Of a stretch of DNA of 64,000 nucleotides, positions 19,424 to 29,318 are shown piece after piece. Made by a program: the position numbers and the translations under genes. The notes beneath the pieces are model-generated. The model was not told the DNA's origin. It was given only the letters and a program-made list of their open reading frames with translations, and did not search any database. The stretch's first letter is position 1, and every line of letters begins with the position of its first letter. This stretch comes from Patescibacteria group bacterium (GTDB lineage Bacteria; Patescibacteriota; Patescibacteriia; JAXHNJ01): assembly GCA_041649715.1 (NCBI GenBank), contig JBAZMP010000003.1, positions 36,155 through 100,154 of the forward strand, given 5' to 3'.

Positions 19424-22400
19424 ATGACTAAAATCAATCTTATGCCGAAAAAATCCTGGAAGACAAAAGCCTTCAAAGCTTTAAGTATTGTTGCCCAGGT
19501 GACTTTAATTTTCCAGATGTCCTATTTGGGCGTCTTTTTCGCCCCGAAAACCGCGGAAGCGGCCGCCACCAGTCTTACCACGAACATCCTTTCGTGGCAT
19601 ATCCTTGGCGTGGACAGCAACAGCCCCGTGACTGACGGGCCGCATAAATTCCTTATCCAAGCCCGAATCGCCAATACCGGCGCTCTTCCGGCCACCGGCG
19701 TGCAAACAAATTTCGCTTTCGGCTCCGGGACGGCCAACGCCTATCTCAGTTTGGTTTCAAACGCCGCTTTTCCTTTGAACACTATCAATTCAGGCGCTCA
19801 TAAAGATGTCTTTTATGTCGTGCAAGTAACACCGCCGGCCACGCCGAACTCTCCGAGCAATCCGGTTTTTGATACCAGCCGACCTTTCACCATCACCGCT
19901 ACCTCTCCGGATTCAAGCAACGCTTCGGCCAGCCAGACCTTATACATCGAGCACATCCTTTCCCAGAGCAGAAATCACATTTTATCCTCAACTGTCATAC
20001 CGGCTAATCCCTTGGTCGGCCAGCCTTTCACTGTTCACGTGGAATATGAAACCGCCAGCACTTACTTGGACATCACGCCCCAGATGACCTACAATCCGGC
20101 GGTCGCCACTCTTGATTCCGTTACCACCCATTACGTGACAGACGGCGTGGATGAAAATGATATCTATTCCCAGGATCACGGCAATATTATCCATTCTGAT
20201 TTTCATTTCCGCGCCCAGAGCGCCGGCACGTTGAGTTTTTATTACACCGTTCTTGATCACTCCGGTTCCAGTTTCCATTATAACGACGATTTCAGCGACG
20301 CGATCATTGTCCCGGTGACCCCGCGGCAGAACCTGGAAAAATCCGTGGATAAAGCGACGGCCACGCCGGGTGAAACTATCACTTACACCTTGAAGTATTT
20401 CAACACAGGCAACATCGACCTGACCAATGTGGTCATCACTGATACCTACGACAGTCATTTTACTTTTACTTCCTCTAACCCTGCCCCGAGCGTCGGCAAC
20501 AACGTCTGGAATATCGGCACTCTGCCGGTGGCCGCGGGCGGAACGATCACCATCACGGGCACCCTGACCGGAGTTTTTCCGGCGGGCACGACTAAAGTGC
20601 ATAACTTGGCCGTCATGACCTCTGACCAGGTCGCGCCTGTTCAAGCGACGGCTGACACCACGGTCACGGCGGTCTGCGATTTAAACATAATCAAATCCGT
20701 CGATAAGGCGACGGCTTCAGTCGGTGACACTCTTACCTATACCCTCCGATACGAAAATACCGGCAACACGAAATGCACCGGCACCGGCGTCAAAGTTTAT
20801 GATCCGCTGGATACCTATCTGACCTATGTGACCGGTTCAAAACACATCACCATCACCAATGACGGCGGAAATTTAGGGACTGAACCCGGCCAAGGCGACG
20901 ATTATAACGGCAAAGCTAATATCCTGCTTTATAACGTCCGCGAAGTTGTCTCGGGTGAATACGGCGTCATTACCTTTCAAGCGACGGTAAATACTCCGAC
21001 GGTCTGCGGCGATTTTCAGATCCCCAACAAAGGCAAGATCTGGAGCAATGAAACCGCTTATATCTGGAGCAACGAAGTGAAAACCGATATCCACATGGAC
21101 TGCTACGGTTCGGTATCGGGCTATAAATTCAACGATTTAGACAAAGATGACAATAATAAAGAAACAGGCGAACCTGGATTACCGGACTGGGAAATTTGTC
21201 TTCTTAACGTAAATACTAAGGCGGAAGTTTGCACCACGACTGATGCGAACGGCTACTATAAATTCACCAGTGTTCCGTTTGGCAGTTATCAACTCTACGA
21301 AAAGCAGCAAACCGGCTGGACTCAAAGTTATCCCCTGGAAATTACAAATCCTGGCCAAGATTATAATTTCACTCTTGCCAGCCCCGTTGATCTGACCGGC
21401 AAGAATTTTGGCAATTACCGCAACAGCGGCAATTTAACGCTGGTAAAAGAAGTCATCAATAACAATGGCGGTACGGCCGTGGCTACAAACTGGACATTGA
21501 GCGCCACCGGCCCTACTCCAATTTCTGGAGCCGGAGGGGTTTCCGGTACGGTCATAGCGGGTACCTACGCCCTTTCTGAATCCGCAGGTCCTGCTGGCTA
21601 CCAGGCCAGCGCCTGGAATTGTATCGGCGGTAGCCAAACAGGCAACGACGTCACAATCAATGACGGGGATTCAGCCACCTGCAAGATTACCAATGACGAT
21701 ATCCAGCCGAAATTGACCGTGACCAAAATCGTGGTCAATGACAACGGCGGCACGGCGGTTATCGCTGACTTTCCTTTGTTTGTTAACGCAACGAGCGTTA
21801 CCTCCGGAGTACAAAACGGCTTTAACGCCGGCGCTTACACTGTTTCCGAAACGAATAAAAACGGCTATACCGGAGCAATCACCGGCGACTGCGCGGCTAA
21901 CGGTTCCGTCACTTTAAATGCCGGGGACGTAAAAACCTGCACCATCACCAATGACGATATTTCTGGCAAGATCTCAGGTTATAAACTCGACGATCAAGGG
22001 AACAAGCTTAACGGCTGGGAAATCTGTTATACGAAGCAAGATCTAATTTTACCCGACCAATTATCAGTCCAGATAACTCAGCCGATCTGCGTGCTTACGG
22101 GTGATGGCGACTGGCCAGATGGTTATTATGAATTTACCGGCTTATATGTTGGCGATTATGTGGTGTTTGAAAACTTGCTGTATGGTTGGACGCAACTTGA
22201 ACCACAAGGCGGAGTCCATAATATAACAGTCCAATCAGGAACTGACTCAAAAGACAATAACTTCGTCAACAGACTGAACGACTTCAATGTTGAAATCGTA
22301 AAATCCGCTCCCGCCACTGTAAATGCCGGAGAAAATCTGACCTATACCCTGGACTGGACTGTGACAGGCAATACTCCTGTTAATAACGTTATTATTTCTG

Positions 22401-23869
22401 ATGTTCTGCCGGCGAATACGACCTATGTTTCTGGCGGCGACAACTACGATTCTGCCACCAACACCGTTTCTTGGAACCTCGGCACCGTCAATCCGACGGA
22501 TAACGGTACGGTCTCCTTCACGGTCAAGGTCAACTCCCCGCTCTACAACGGCACGATAATCGATAATGAAGCGGAAATCTGCGGCGAAGCCCAGTTAGTG
22601 GCGGCCACTTTCGCTCTCCAGGCGCCGACACAGAAATGCGACGACGACGACACGTCGACTACGGTAAAATCTGGATTCAACGTCGACGTTGATAAAGACG
22701 GACCGCTGACCGGCAAACCCGGAGAGCAGATTGATTACACCGTCGTCTGGAGCACTTCTGGCAACTCCCCTATTGATAAATTAGTCATTACGGATAACTT
22801 ACCGGCTGACACCACCTTTGTTTCCGCAAGCAATGGCGGCGCGGAAAACAATGGCGTCATCACCTGGGATCTTGGTCCTCAAACCCCGGGCGTACACGGT
22901 ACCTTCACGGTTACTGTCACCCTGAACTCCAACTTGAATCCTGGCAACCAGGTAACCAACGAATCCGAGATCTGCGCTTGGGTGTTTGAAGCGCCAAGCG
23001 GAGAATTGATGGTCTGCGATAAAGACGACACCACTACTCTGATCAAGAAACCGATCCTCGCTATTGAAAAAACAGTTGACCTGGTCTTTGCCAATCCGGG
23101 CAATGTGGCCACCTATACGGTGACCATCACCAATACGGGCAACGAAACCGCTTATAATGTCGTGCTCACCGATACCTTGCCGGCTGGCTTCACCTTTGTG
23201 GAAAACGGCCTTGATACTAAATCCTGGTCCTTAGGCGACCTTGTGCCGGCTGACAGCGTCACCGTAAACTATGAAGTTACGGTCGGCAAAAATGTCACGG
23301 CTGGCTTTTACGACAACTTTGCGGAAGCCAAAGCCGACAACCACGGCAAAATCCACGATATCGCCAGTTTAGAGGTGAGGATTCCGAAAAAACAGTCCTC
23401 GGAAGCCTATCCTATTCTCACGATCGGAAAGAGCGTGGACAAAGCCACGGTCAATCCCAACACCCTCGTCAATTACACCGTGAAAATCGCCAATAAAGGC
23501 GAAGCGACCGCTTATAACGTAATCCTCACCGATAAGTTGCCGGCTGGCTTCACCTTCACGGATACGGGCTTGGGCCAAAAGACCTGGAATCTTGGCAACA
23601 TGACCCCCGGCACCTCCATTACCCTAAATTACGAAGTTTTAGTCGGTAAGGACGTCAAGTCGGGCGATTATAAAAACCTGGCCACGGTGAAAGCGGATAA
23701 TAATGATCCAGTCAGCGCTTCAGTAAACGTCAATGTCAAGCAAGGTGCCGTCTTGGGTCTGACCGGACCTAAATGGTATGAAATCTTCTATTATCTCTTG
23801 GGCCTGTTATTTGTCGCCGGTGGCATCAAAGCCTACCGCAAAATAAACCAGACAGGAGAGACTCGATAA
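19424..23869 (+). CDS. Giant (1481 aa) surface adhesin with multiple DUF11 ('conserved repeat domain') and CnaB/SdrD-B-like modules and a C-terminal cell-wall sorting signal.
   Basis: Signal/TM N-terminus and many DUF11-type repeats (e.g. ITYTLKYFNTGNIDLTNVVITDTYD, ATYTVTITNTGNETAYNVVLTDTLPAGFTF). The C-terminus is VLGLTG + hydrophobic helix + KAYRK. Strong RBS (GAGGAG). Confidence 0.8.
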   Translation: MTKINLMPKKSWKTKAFKALSIVAQVTLIFQMSYLGVFFAPKTAEAAATSLTTNILSWHILGVDSNSPVTDGPHKFLIQARIANTGALPATGVQTNFAFGSGTANAYLSLVSNAAFPLNTINSGAHKDVFYVVQVTPPATPNSPSNPVFDTSRPFTITATSPDSSNASASQTLYIEHILSQSRNHILSSTVIPANPLVGQPFTVHVEYETASTYLDITPQMTYNPAVATLDSVTTHYVTDGVDENDIYSQDHGNIIHSDFHFRAQSAGTLSFYYTVLDHSGSSFHYNDDFSDAIIVPVTPRQNLEKSVDKATATPGETITYTLKYFNTGNIDLTNVVITDTYDSHFTFTSSNPAPSVGNNVWNIGTLPVAAGGTITITGTLTGVFPAGTTKVHNLAVMTSDQVAPVQATADTTVTAVCDLNIIKSVDKATASVGDTLTYTLRYENTGNTKCTGTGVKVYDPLDTYLTYVTGSKHITITNDGGNLGTEPGQGDDYNGKANILLYNVREVVSGEYGVITFQATVNTPTVCGDFQIPNKGKIWSNETAYIWSNEVKTDIHMDCYGSVSGYKFNDLDKDDNNKETGEPGLPDWEICLLNVNTKAEVCTTTDANGYYKFTSVPFGSYQLYEKQQTGWTQSYPLEITNPGQDYNFTLASPVDLTGKNFGNYRNSGNLTLVKEVINNNGGTAVATNWTLSATGPTPISGAGGVSGTVIAGTYALSESAGPAGYQASAWNCIGGSQTGNDVTINDGDSATCKITNDDIQPKLTVTKIVVNDNGGTAVIADFPLFVNATSVTSGVQNGFNAGAYTVSETNKNGYTGAITGDCAANGSVTLNAGDVKTCTITNDDISGKISGYKLDDQGNKLNGWEICYTKQDLILPDQLSVQITQPICVLTGDGDWPDGYYEFTGLYVGDYVVFENLLYGWTQLEPQGGVHNITVQSGTDSKDNNFVNRLNDFNVEIVKSAPATVNAGENLTYTLDWTVTGNTPVNNVIISDVLPANTTYVSGGDNYDSATNTVSWNLGTVNPTDNGTVSFTVKVNSPLYNGTIIDNEAEICGEAQLVAATFALQAPTQKCDDDDTSTTVKSGFNVDVDKDGPLTGKPGEQIDYTVVWSTSGNSPIDKLVITDNLPADTTFVSASNGGAENNGVITWDLGPQTPGVHGTFTVTVTLNSNLNPGNQVTNESEICAWVFEAPSGELMVCDKDDTTTLIKKPILAIEKTVDLVFANPGNVATYTVTITNTGNETAYNVVLTDTLPAGFTFVENGLDTKSWSLGDLVPADSVTVNYEVTVGKNVTAGFYDNFAEAKADNHGKIHDIASLEVRIPKKQSSEAYPILTIGKSVDKATVNPNTLVNYTVKIANKGEATAYNVILTDKLPAGFTFTDTGLGQKTWNLGNMTPGTSITLNYEVLVGKDVKSGDYKNLATVKADNNDPVSASVNVNVKQGAVLGLTGPKWYEIFYYLLGLLFVAGGIKAYRKINQTGETR

Positions 23870-23873
23870 ATCC

Positions 23874-24566
23874 ATGGAAAAACCAGTGGAAAAAACTCCC
23901 GCCGAAAGCGATCCCCGCATTCGGCGGGAGAAAGGTAAATACAGATACTTGAAAATCGGGATAATAATTATTATCCTGGCGGGTATCGGAATTCTGGCCT
24001 ATCCTTTCATCCCCTCCTTAAAGTATGCTTTGAGCAAACCGGGCAATACCTACCCTTACGAAACGAGGTTGCTTTCAGGCAACATAAATCTTGAGGCCCT
24101 GCCGGTGAATAAAAATGTGAATCTTGGCTCTCTGCCGGATATCAAGACCTTAAAAAGAATTCCCGACGATAATCGGCTGGTCATCCCTAAAATCGGCGTG
24201 GATGTCGCTATCGTGGAAGGACAAAACGAAGAAACGGCCTTGCTTAAAGGCGCCTGGCGCAACCCGAAAACTTCCAACCCGGAAAATGGCGGCAATACGG
24301 TCATTTCGGGCCATCGGTTTCGCTTTCGGCCGCCGAATAACACCACCTTTTATCTTTTGGATAAACTGGCGGTCGGCGATACTTTCATCATTTACTGGAA
24401 AGGGGTAGAATACGATTATCAGATTTCGGAAACAAAGATTGTCGCTCCGACGGCAGTAGAAATACTTAATAACACGGCGAACTCCCAAGTAACCCTGTTC
24501 TCATGCACTCCCCTCTTTACCACCAGACAAAGGCTGGTGGTGATCGGACAGCTGGTTGAATGGTAA
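23874..24566 (+). CDS. Sortase family transpeptidase.
   Basis: N-terminal TM anchor, catalytic His (TVISGHR), TLFSCTP (TLxTC) active-site Cys motif and a downstream Arg. It starts 5 nt after the adhesin stop. Confidence 0.85.
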   Translation: MEKPVEKTPAESDPRIRREKGKYRYLKIGIIIIILAGIGILAYPFIPSLKYALSKPGNTYPYETRLLSGNINLEALPVNKNVNLGSLPDIKTLKRIPDDNRLVIPKIGVDVAIVEGQNEETALLKGAWRNPKTSNPENGGNTVISGHRFRFRPPNNTTFYLLDKLAVGDTFIIYWKGVEYDYQISETKIVAPTAVEILNNTANSQVTLFSCTPLFTTRQRLVVIGQLVEW

Positions 24567-24590
24567 ATTAATATTTAAATAGACAAAAAA

Positions 24591-25610
24591 ATGAAAAAAT
24601 TAATGCTGGCCATTACGCTTCTTGCTTTGGCGCTTTCGCCCATAAAGGGAGAGGCTAAAAATCACGGGGGCGTCGCCTCAATCGAAATTTCGCCTGTTAA
24701 CGGCGAAGTGAAGGCGGGAGAGAGTCTGACCCTAAGGCTTACCGCCAAAGACAGCGCCGGTCTGACTTGGGACATCTCGCCAAACGCTTATTTCCAAATC
24801 AATGACCCCCGCGGTTCCCTCAAGAATAATAAATATCTGGCCGGCAAAATCGGCACCTGGAATTTAAGCGTGACCTATGGTAATTTCAGCGCGAAGACAA
24901 CCGTCAAGGTACTGCCAGGCAACCTTGCCACTATCATCATAAATCCGAATTCAAAACCTGAAATCATCGATTTGGGAGCGACCAGAACTTTTAACGCCCA
25001 GGGTTTTGATAAGATGAATAACCTTTTGACAGGCTTGCTTTTTACCTGGTCACAGGAAGATGACTTAGGTGATATCAACCAAAAAGGCGTTTTTACCGCC
25101 AAAGACACCGGCGAGGGAAAAATAATCGCGAGCCTTAACGGTGTTTCCGGCTTCTCGGCCATAAAAGTCAAAGAAAAAACATTGTTGCCGGCGGCCGCGA
25201 ATACAACCAACACCAATACCGCCAGACCAACAACGGCCGTGAATACCAACGCCAATGATAATAATAACAGCAATGTCAACGGCCAGGTCGCCGGAGTGGA
25301 GACAGCCGCGGCCGCGGAAACGACGGAGACAAAAGATGAATGTAAAACGCTCGCCTGGTACTGGTGGGTTTTGATCATGCTCGCGTTTTTCGCCGTTTTG
25401 ATCCTCTATTACTTTTTAATCCGCAAATCAAAAGGCGGCTGGTGGTGGATTTTCCCGCTGATTTTAATAGCCGGCGTAGTCTGGCTCTATTACCAGTACT
25501 CCTGCAACAAATACGGCTGGTGGCCCTGGGTTTCCATCATTATGGCCATACTAATCTCACTTTTCCGGCCAAAGAAGTATTTTGAAGAGCCAAAATCTCC
25601 GACTTTCTAA
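24591..25610 (+). CDS. Secreted Big_2 (bacterial Ig-like) domain protein with a Trp-rich C-terminal double TM anchor.
   Basis: Signal peptide, two Ig-like repeats (IEISPVNGEVKAGESLTL..., IIINPNSKPEIIDLGATRTFNAQGFD...), an Asn/Thr-rich linker and two C-terminal TM helices. Confidence 0.6.
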   Translation: MKKLMLAITLLALALSPIKGEAKNHGGVASIEISPVNGEVKAGESLTLRLTAKDSAGLTWDISPNAYFQINDPRGSLKNNKYLAGKIGTWNLSVTYGNFSAKTTVKVLPGNLATIIINPNSKPEIIDLGATRTFNAQGFDKMNNLLTGLLFTWSQEDDLGDINQKGVFTAKDTGEGKIIASLNGVSGFSAIKVKEKTLLPAAANTTNTNTARPTTAVNTNANDNNNSNVNGQVAGVETAAAAETTETKDECKTLAWYWWVLIMLAFFAVLILYYFLIRKSKGGWWWIFPLILIAGVVWLYYQYSCNKYGWWPWVSIIMAILISLFRPKKYFEEPKSPTF

Positions 25611-25636
25611 ATATCATCAAATCTAAAAATACAAGA

Positions 25637-25668
25637 AAAACCTCTTCCTTTTGGAAAGAGGTTTTTCG
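25637..25668 (+). terminator. Intrinsic terminator (aacctcttcc-tttt-ggaaagaggtt followed by tttc).
   Basis: 10-bp stem and T-run, 27 nt after the stop at 25610. Confidence 0.55.
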
Positions 25669-25681
25669 GATATTAATGGCT

Positions 25682-25735
25682 CAGCGCGGACAGCCTTCGG
25701 CCGTGAGCTCGGGCCGAACGGAGACATCCGCGCTG
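25682..25735 (+). repeat. 54-nt GC-rich palindromic element (copy B). It is the inverted copy of 2485..2538 with compensatory stem substitutions.
   Basis: cagcgcggacagccttcggccgtgagctcgggccgaacggagacatccgcgctg; its reverse complement matches copy A at about 49/54 nt. Followed by ttatttcaatatt. Confidence 0.5.
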
Positions 25736-25803
25736 TTATTTCAATATTCCTGTTTATTTTTAAAAAAAATAACGCCGGTCTTGAGCGCCCGCGTTGTAAC
25801 TTT

Positions 25804-26619
25804 TTAGAAGATTAGAAAATATACAATCACGATTATCGCCAGGACTAACCGGTAATAGGCAAAAATATTTAGCGAGTGATTTTTTAAATAATTCAAAAGA
25901 AATCTGACCGCCCAGTAGCCGGCCAAGGCGGCGGCCAAAAATCCTAAGAGATAAATAATCATCTCATGACCGCTGAAAGAATGGGAAAATAGTTCCGTCA
26001 TCTTTTTCACCACCGCCCCGAAAATCACCGGGATAGAAAGCAAAAAGGAAAATCTCGCCGCTTCCTCCCTTTTCAATTTCTGGGTCATACCGGCCAAGAT
26101 GGTTATCCCGGAACGGGATACACCGGGTATTAAAGCGATGGCCTGGCACAAACCGATGATAATCGCCCCGTTTAAACCCATCTCTTTCAATCCTTTTGTC
26201 TTTTGGCTGTATTTTTCCAAAATCAGGAATAGAAGACCGACGAGAATCATCATGACTGCCACTAAAAATGGCGAGCGGAAAATCGTCTCGGCTTTATCTT
26301 CGAGTAAAAAACCGAATATACCGGCGGGAATGGCGGCCACTAAAATAAACCAGGCTAACCGCTGATTTTCGTCATTTTTTAAGTCCCACTTGACCAAGCT
26401 TTTGAAAAATGCGGACAAATAGGCTATAATATCCTTAGAGAAAAAAACCACCAGGGCCAAGAGGGTGCCGGCATGCAAGATCACGTCAAAGCTCAAGTCA
26501 TCCTGCAGCCGGAAATTTAGCAAGCGATGCAGAATGACCAAATGGCCGGAACTCGAGATAGGCAAAAACTCCGTCAGCCCCTGAATGCCTCCGAAAAAGA
26601 TTGAGTAAATATAGTCCAT
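25804..26619 (-). CDS. uppP: Undecaprenyl-diphosphatase (BacA/UppP).
   Basis: GLTEFLPISSSGHL and GVSRSG motifs; 8-TM architecture. Confidence 0.85.
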   Translation of the reverse strand: MDYIYSIFFGGIQGLTEFLPISSSGHLVILHRLLNFRLQDDLSFDVILHAGTLLALVVFFSKDIIAYLSAFFKSLVKWDLKNDENQRLAWFILVAAIPAGIFGFLLEDKAETIFRSPFLVAVMMILVGLLFLILEKYSQKTKGLKEMGLNGAIIIGLCQAIALIPGVSRSGITILAGMTQKLKREEAARFSFLLSIPVIFGAVVKKMTELFSHSFSGHEMIIYLLGFLAAALAGYWAVRFLLNYLKNHSLNIFAYYRLVLAIIVIVYFLIF

Positions 26620-26622
26620 AAA

Positions 26623-27060
26623 ATGATATATCCTAAATTAATACTTATTCCTTTGATCGTCGGCCTGATCAGTTTCGGCCTGAAGATCATTATTAAAGCG
26701 ATCAAGGGCACTTTTTCTTGGGAACTGTCGGCCACTTACGGCGGCATGCCCTCCATCCACACCGCCTTTGTCGTTTCTCTCTCTACCGTCGTAGCGCTCT
26801 ACGACGGGATTTTCAGCGCCACTTTCGCCATGTCTGCCATCTTCAGCCTGATTATCATCCGGGACGCCGTGGGTTACCGCCGTTACCTGGGGATCCATTC
26901 AAAAGTCTTAAACAGCGTCATCCAGGAATTACCCCACAAAGAGCGAGTAAAATTTCCGCCCCACCTCCAGGAACAGCTGGGCCACACGCCCTTACAGGCG
27001 GTGATCGGCGCCCTCATCGGTTTTATCGCGGCTATTCTTCTTTATATCATTATTCCTTGA
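26623..27060 (+). CDS. Divergent PAP2-family membrane protein (DUF212, acid phosphatase/vanadium-haloperoxidase-related).
   Basis: GGMPSIHTAFV and GYRRYLG motifs typical of DUF212. Confidence 0.6.
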   Translation: MIYPKLILIPLIVGLISFGLKIIIKAIKGTFSWELSATYGGMPSIHTAFVVSLSTVVALYDGIFSATFAMSAIFSLIIIRDAVGYRRYLGIHSKVLNSVIQELPHKERVKFPPHLQEQLGHTPLQAVIGALIGFIAAILLYIIIP

Positions 27061-27104
27061 ATCTAAAACTTGTTTAGTCCGGCCCTGGAAGAACGGGTCT
27101 TTTT

Positions 27105-27929
27105 TTATTTTTGACATTTTGGGCAATAAAATGTCCCTCGTCCGCCTTGGGCAATCCTTTCTACTTTGCCGGGGCACCGAAAACATTTTTTTCCTTTCCG
27201 GCCGTAGACTTTTAGGAATCGTTCAAAATCTCCTGGCTGACCATGAGCATCCAGGTAAGAATCAGCTGACGTTCCGCGCCGCTTTATTGAAGCCTGCAAC
27301 ACTTTTTTTATAGCCGAATACAGAAGCTGGCGTTCTTTTGGGGTTAGTGTTTTTACTTTCCGGGTAGGTTTTATTCTGGCATAATAACAGGCCTCGGCGG
27401 CATATATGTTCCCGATACCCGAAATAAAACCCTGGTCCATAAGCAAAGGCTTGATCGGCGCGTTTTTCTTTTTATCCAGCCGGGAATTGAAAACTTTAAA
27501 GGTAAAATCCTTATTCAAAGGTTCGGGCCCGTATTTCATCGTTTTAAACATCTCTTCAAGGCCACTTTTATCAAATATCTTGATGTAACCAAATTTTCGT
27601 AGATCATTAAAAAATAATTTTCGGCCATTATTCAGATTAAAAATTACGCGGGTAAATTTGTCCGGGGCGGCCGCCGCCTTCGAAATGATCAGCTGTCCGG
27701 TAATCTTCAGGTGAAATACTAGATATAGGCCGCCGGCCAGTTCCATAATTAAAAGCTTGGCGCGGCGGCCGACGCTTTTGATAATTTTGCCCTCTATTTT
27801 ATTCCTAAAAGTCCTGCCTAAAAAACCGACCGTCTTCGGCTCTAAAATTTCCACGGCGGTTATCTTTTTGCCGCGCAAGATTATATTCAAATCTTTTTTT
27901 ATCGTTTCGACTTCCGGTAATTCGGGCAT
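27105..27929 (-). CDS. mutM: Formamidopyrimidine-DNA glycosylase (Fpg/MutM).
   Basis: MPELPEVETI N-terminus (catalytic Pro2/Glu3), H2TH domain and a C-terminal zinc finger (CFRCPGKVERIAQGGRGTFYCPKCQ). Confidence 0.85.
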   Translation of the reverse strand: MPELPEVETIKKDLNIILRGKKITAVEILEPKTVGFLGRTFRNKIEGKIIKSVGRRAKLLIMELAGGLYLVFHLKITGQLIISKAAAAPDKFTRVIFNLNNGRKLFFNDLRKFGYIKIFDKSGLEEMFKTMKYGPEPLNKDFTFKVFNSRLDKKKNAPIKPLLMDQGFISGIGNIYAAEACYYARIKPTRKVKTLTPKERQLLYSAIKKVLQASIKRRGTSADSYLDAHGQPGDFERFLKVYGRKGKKCFRCPGKVERIAQGGRGTFYCPKCQK

Positions 27930-27930
27930 G

Positions 27931-28983
27931 TTATAACTTTTTTATTTCATTTAATAAACTAACAAGGATCTCTTTTTCTTTTACCGTTTTAATAATTTTC
28001 CCTTTTCTGAAAATAATCCCTATCCCTTTTCCACCGGCCACGCCGATATCCGCTTCCCTCGCCTCGCCCGGACCGTTGACGGCGCAGCCCATAACGGCAA
28101 TCTTAATCGGTTTTTTTACATCTTTGGTCGCTTTTTCCACTTTTTTCGCCAGAGAGATTAAATCAATCTGGGTCCGACCGCAGGTCGGGCAAGAAATAAT
28201 CTCCCGTCCTCTTTTTCTTAAATCCAGCGCTTTCAAAATCTCCCAAGCAACCCTTACTTCTTCTATCGGGTCTGCTGTCAGAGAAACCCTAATTGTACCC
28301 CCTATTCCGCTAGCCAACAAAGACCCTAAACCCACAGCAGATTTAATCGTCCCGGAAAATAGAGGCCCAGCTTCGGTAATACCGATATGCAAAGGATAAT
28401 CAACTTTTTGCGACAATAACCCGTAGGCCTCAATCGTTTGCGGCACATCAGTTGATTTAATAGAAATGACAATATTTTTAAAATTGAATTTTTCCAGAAG
28501 CCTGATATTTCTTAAAGCCGAATCCACTAAACCTTTGGCGGTAACATGTCCGTAATCCCTTTTAAGAATTTCTTGCTCCAATGAACCGCTGTTAACGCCG
28601 ACGCGAATGGGAATCCCTTCTTTTTTAGCCGCCAAAACGACGGCGGCGAGTCTTTCTTCCCCACCGATATTGCCAGGATTAATTCTAATTTTATCCACCC
28701 CTTGTTTAATTGATTCCAAGGCCAGTCGAAAATCAAAATGAATATCCGCGACCAAAGGGATATTTATCTGCTTTTTTATTCGGCCTAAAACTTTGGCGGC
28801 CGCCATATCCAAGACCGCCACCCGGACAATTTCGCAACCCTCTTTCTCCAAAGAATTAATCTGTTTAGCGGTGGCGGAAACATTATGCGTATCAGTACTG
28901 CACATAGACTGAACTAATATCGGATTTAATCCGCCGATTTTCCGGTTGCCGATTTTTATAACTTTCGTTTTTCTGCCAATCAT
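27931..28983 (-). CDS. ispG: 4-hydroxy-3-methylbut-2-enyl diphosphate synthase (IspG/GcpE), MEP pathway.
   Basis: TIM-barrel N-domain (VQSMCSTDT) and C-terminal 4Fe-4S cysteine motif (CPTCGRT...GCAVNGPGE). Confidence 0.85.
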   Translation of the reverse strand: MIGRKTKVIKIGNRKIGGLNPILVQSMCSTDTHNVSATAKQINSLEKEGCEIVRVAVLDMAAAKVLGRIKKQINIPLVADIHFDFRLALESIKQGVDKIRINPGNIGGEERLAAVVLAAKKEGIPIRVGVNSGSLEQEILKRDYGHVTAKGLVDSALRNIRLLEKFNFKNIVISIKSTDVPQTIEAYGLLSQKVDYPLHIGITEAGPLFSGTIKSAVGLGSLLASGIGGTIRVSLTADPIEEVRVAWEILKALDLRKRGREIISCPTCGRTQIDLISLAKKVEKATKDVKKPIKIAVMGCAVNGPGEAREADIGVAGGKGIGIIFRKGKIIKTVKEKEILVSLLNEIKKL

Positions 28984-29075
28984 ATATTTAATAATAGCTT
29001 AAAAAAAGAAGGGGGTAAAGCCGGAAAAAATTATCCTTACCCCCTTTTGTCTGTTCGCCTGATGAAAGAATGCCC

Positions 29076-29318
29076 TCAATCATCAAGAAAAGGACAATAC
29101 GTGCCCCGCTTTTCTCCGCGGGCGCATCTGACTAGGGCCACGCCAGGCTTGATACAAATAAGCGGAATCGCCGCTTCAACCGGCCTCGGGACAGTTAAAA
29201 CTCGCCTGCCCCTTTCTTTTCTCGTCCGGCCGATCTCCTTGGCCTTGTAACCCATGTCACGCAGTGCTTTACGGACTTGCTTCTCATTCGCCCCCTTCTC
29301 AAGAATCACATCCATCAT
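29076..29318 (-). CDS. Small hypothetical protein (80 aa) with a C-terminal Cys cluster.
   Basis: Strong RBS (AAAGGAGGTT, 2-nt gap, ATG). No family recognised. Confidence 0.4.
   Translation of the reverse strand: MMDVILEKGANEKQVRKALRDMGYKAKEIGRTRKERGRRVLTVPRPVEAAIPLICIKPGVALVRCARGEKRGTYCPFLDD

Noticed and set aside
19988-20644. ORF 19988..20644(-) 218 aa and other minus-strand ORFs inside 19424..23869
   Set aside because: Antisense to the adhesin gene. Arg/Gly/Asp-rich translations typical of shadow frames of a GC-rich, repeat-rich gene.
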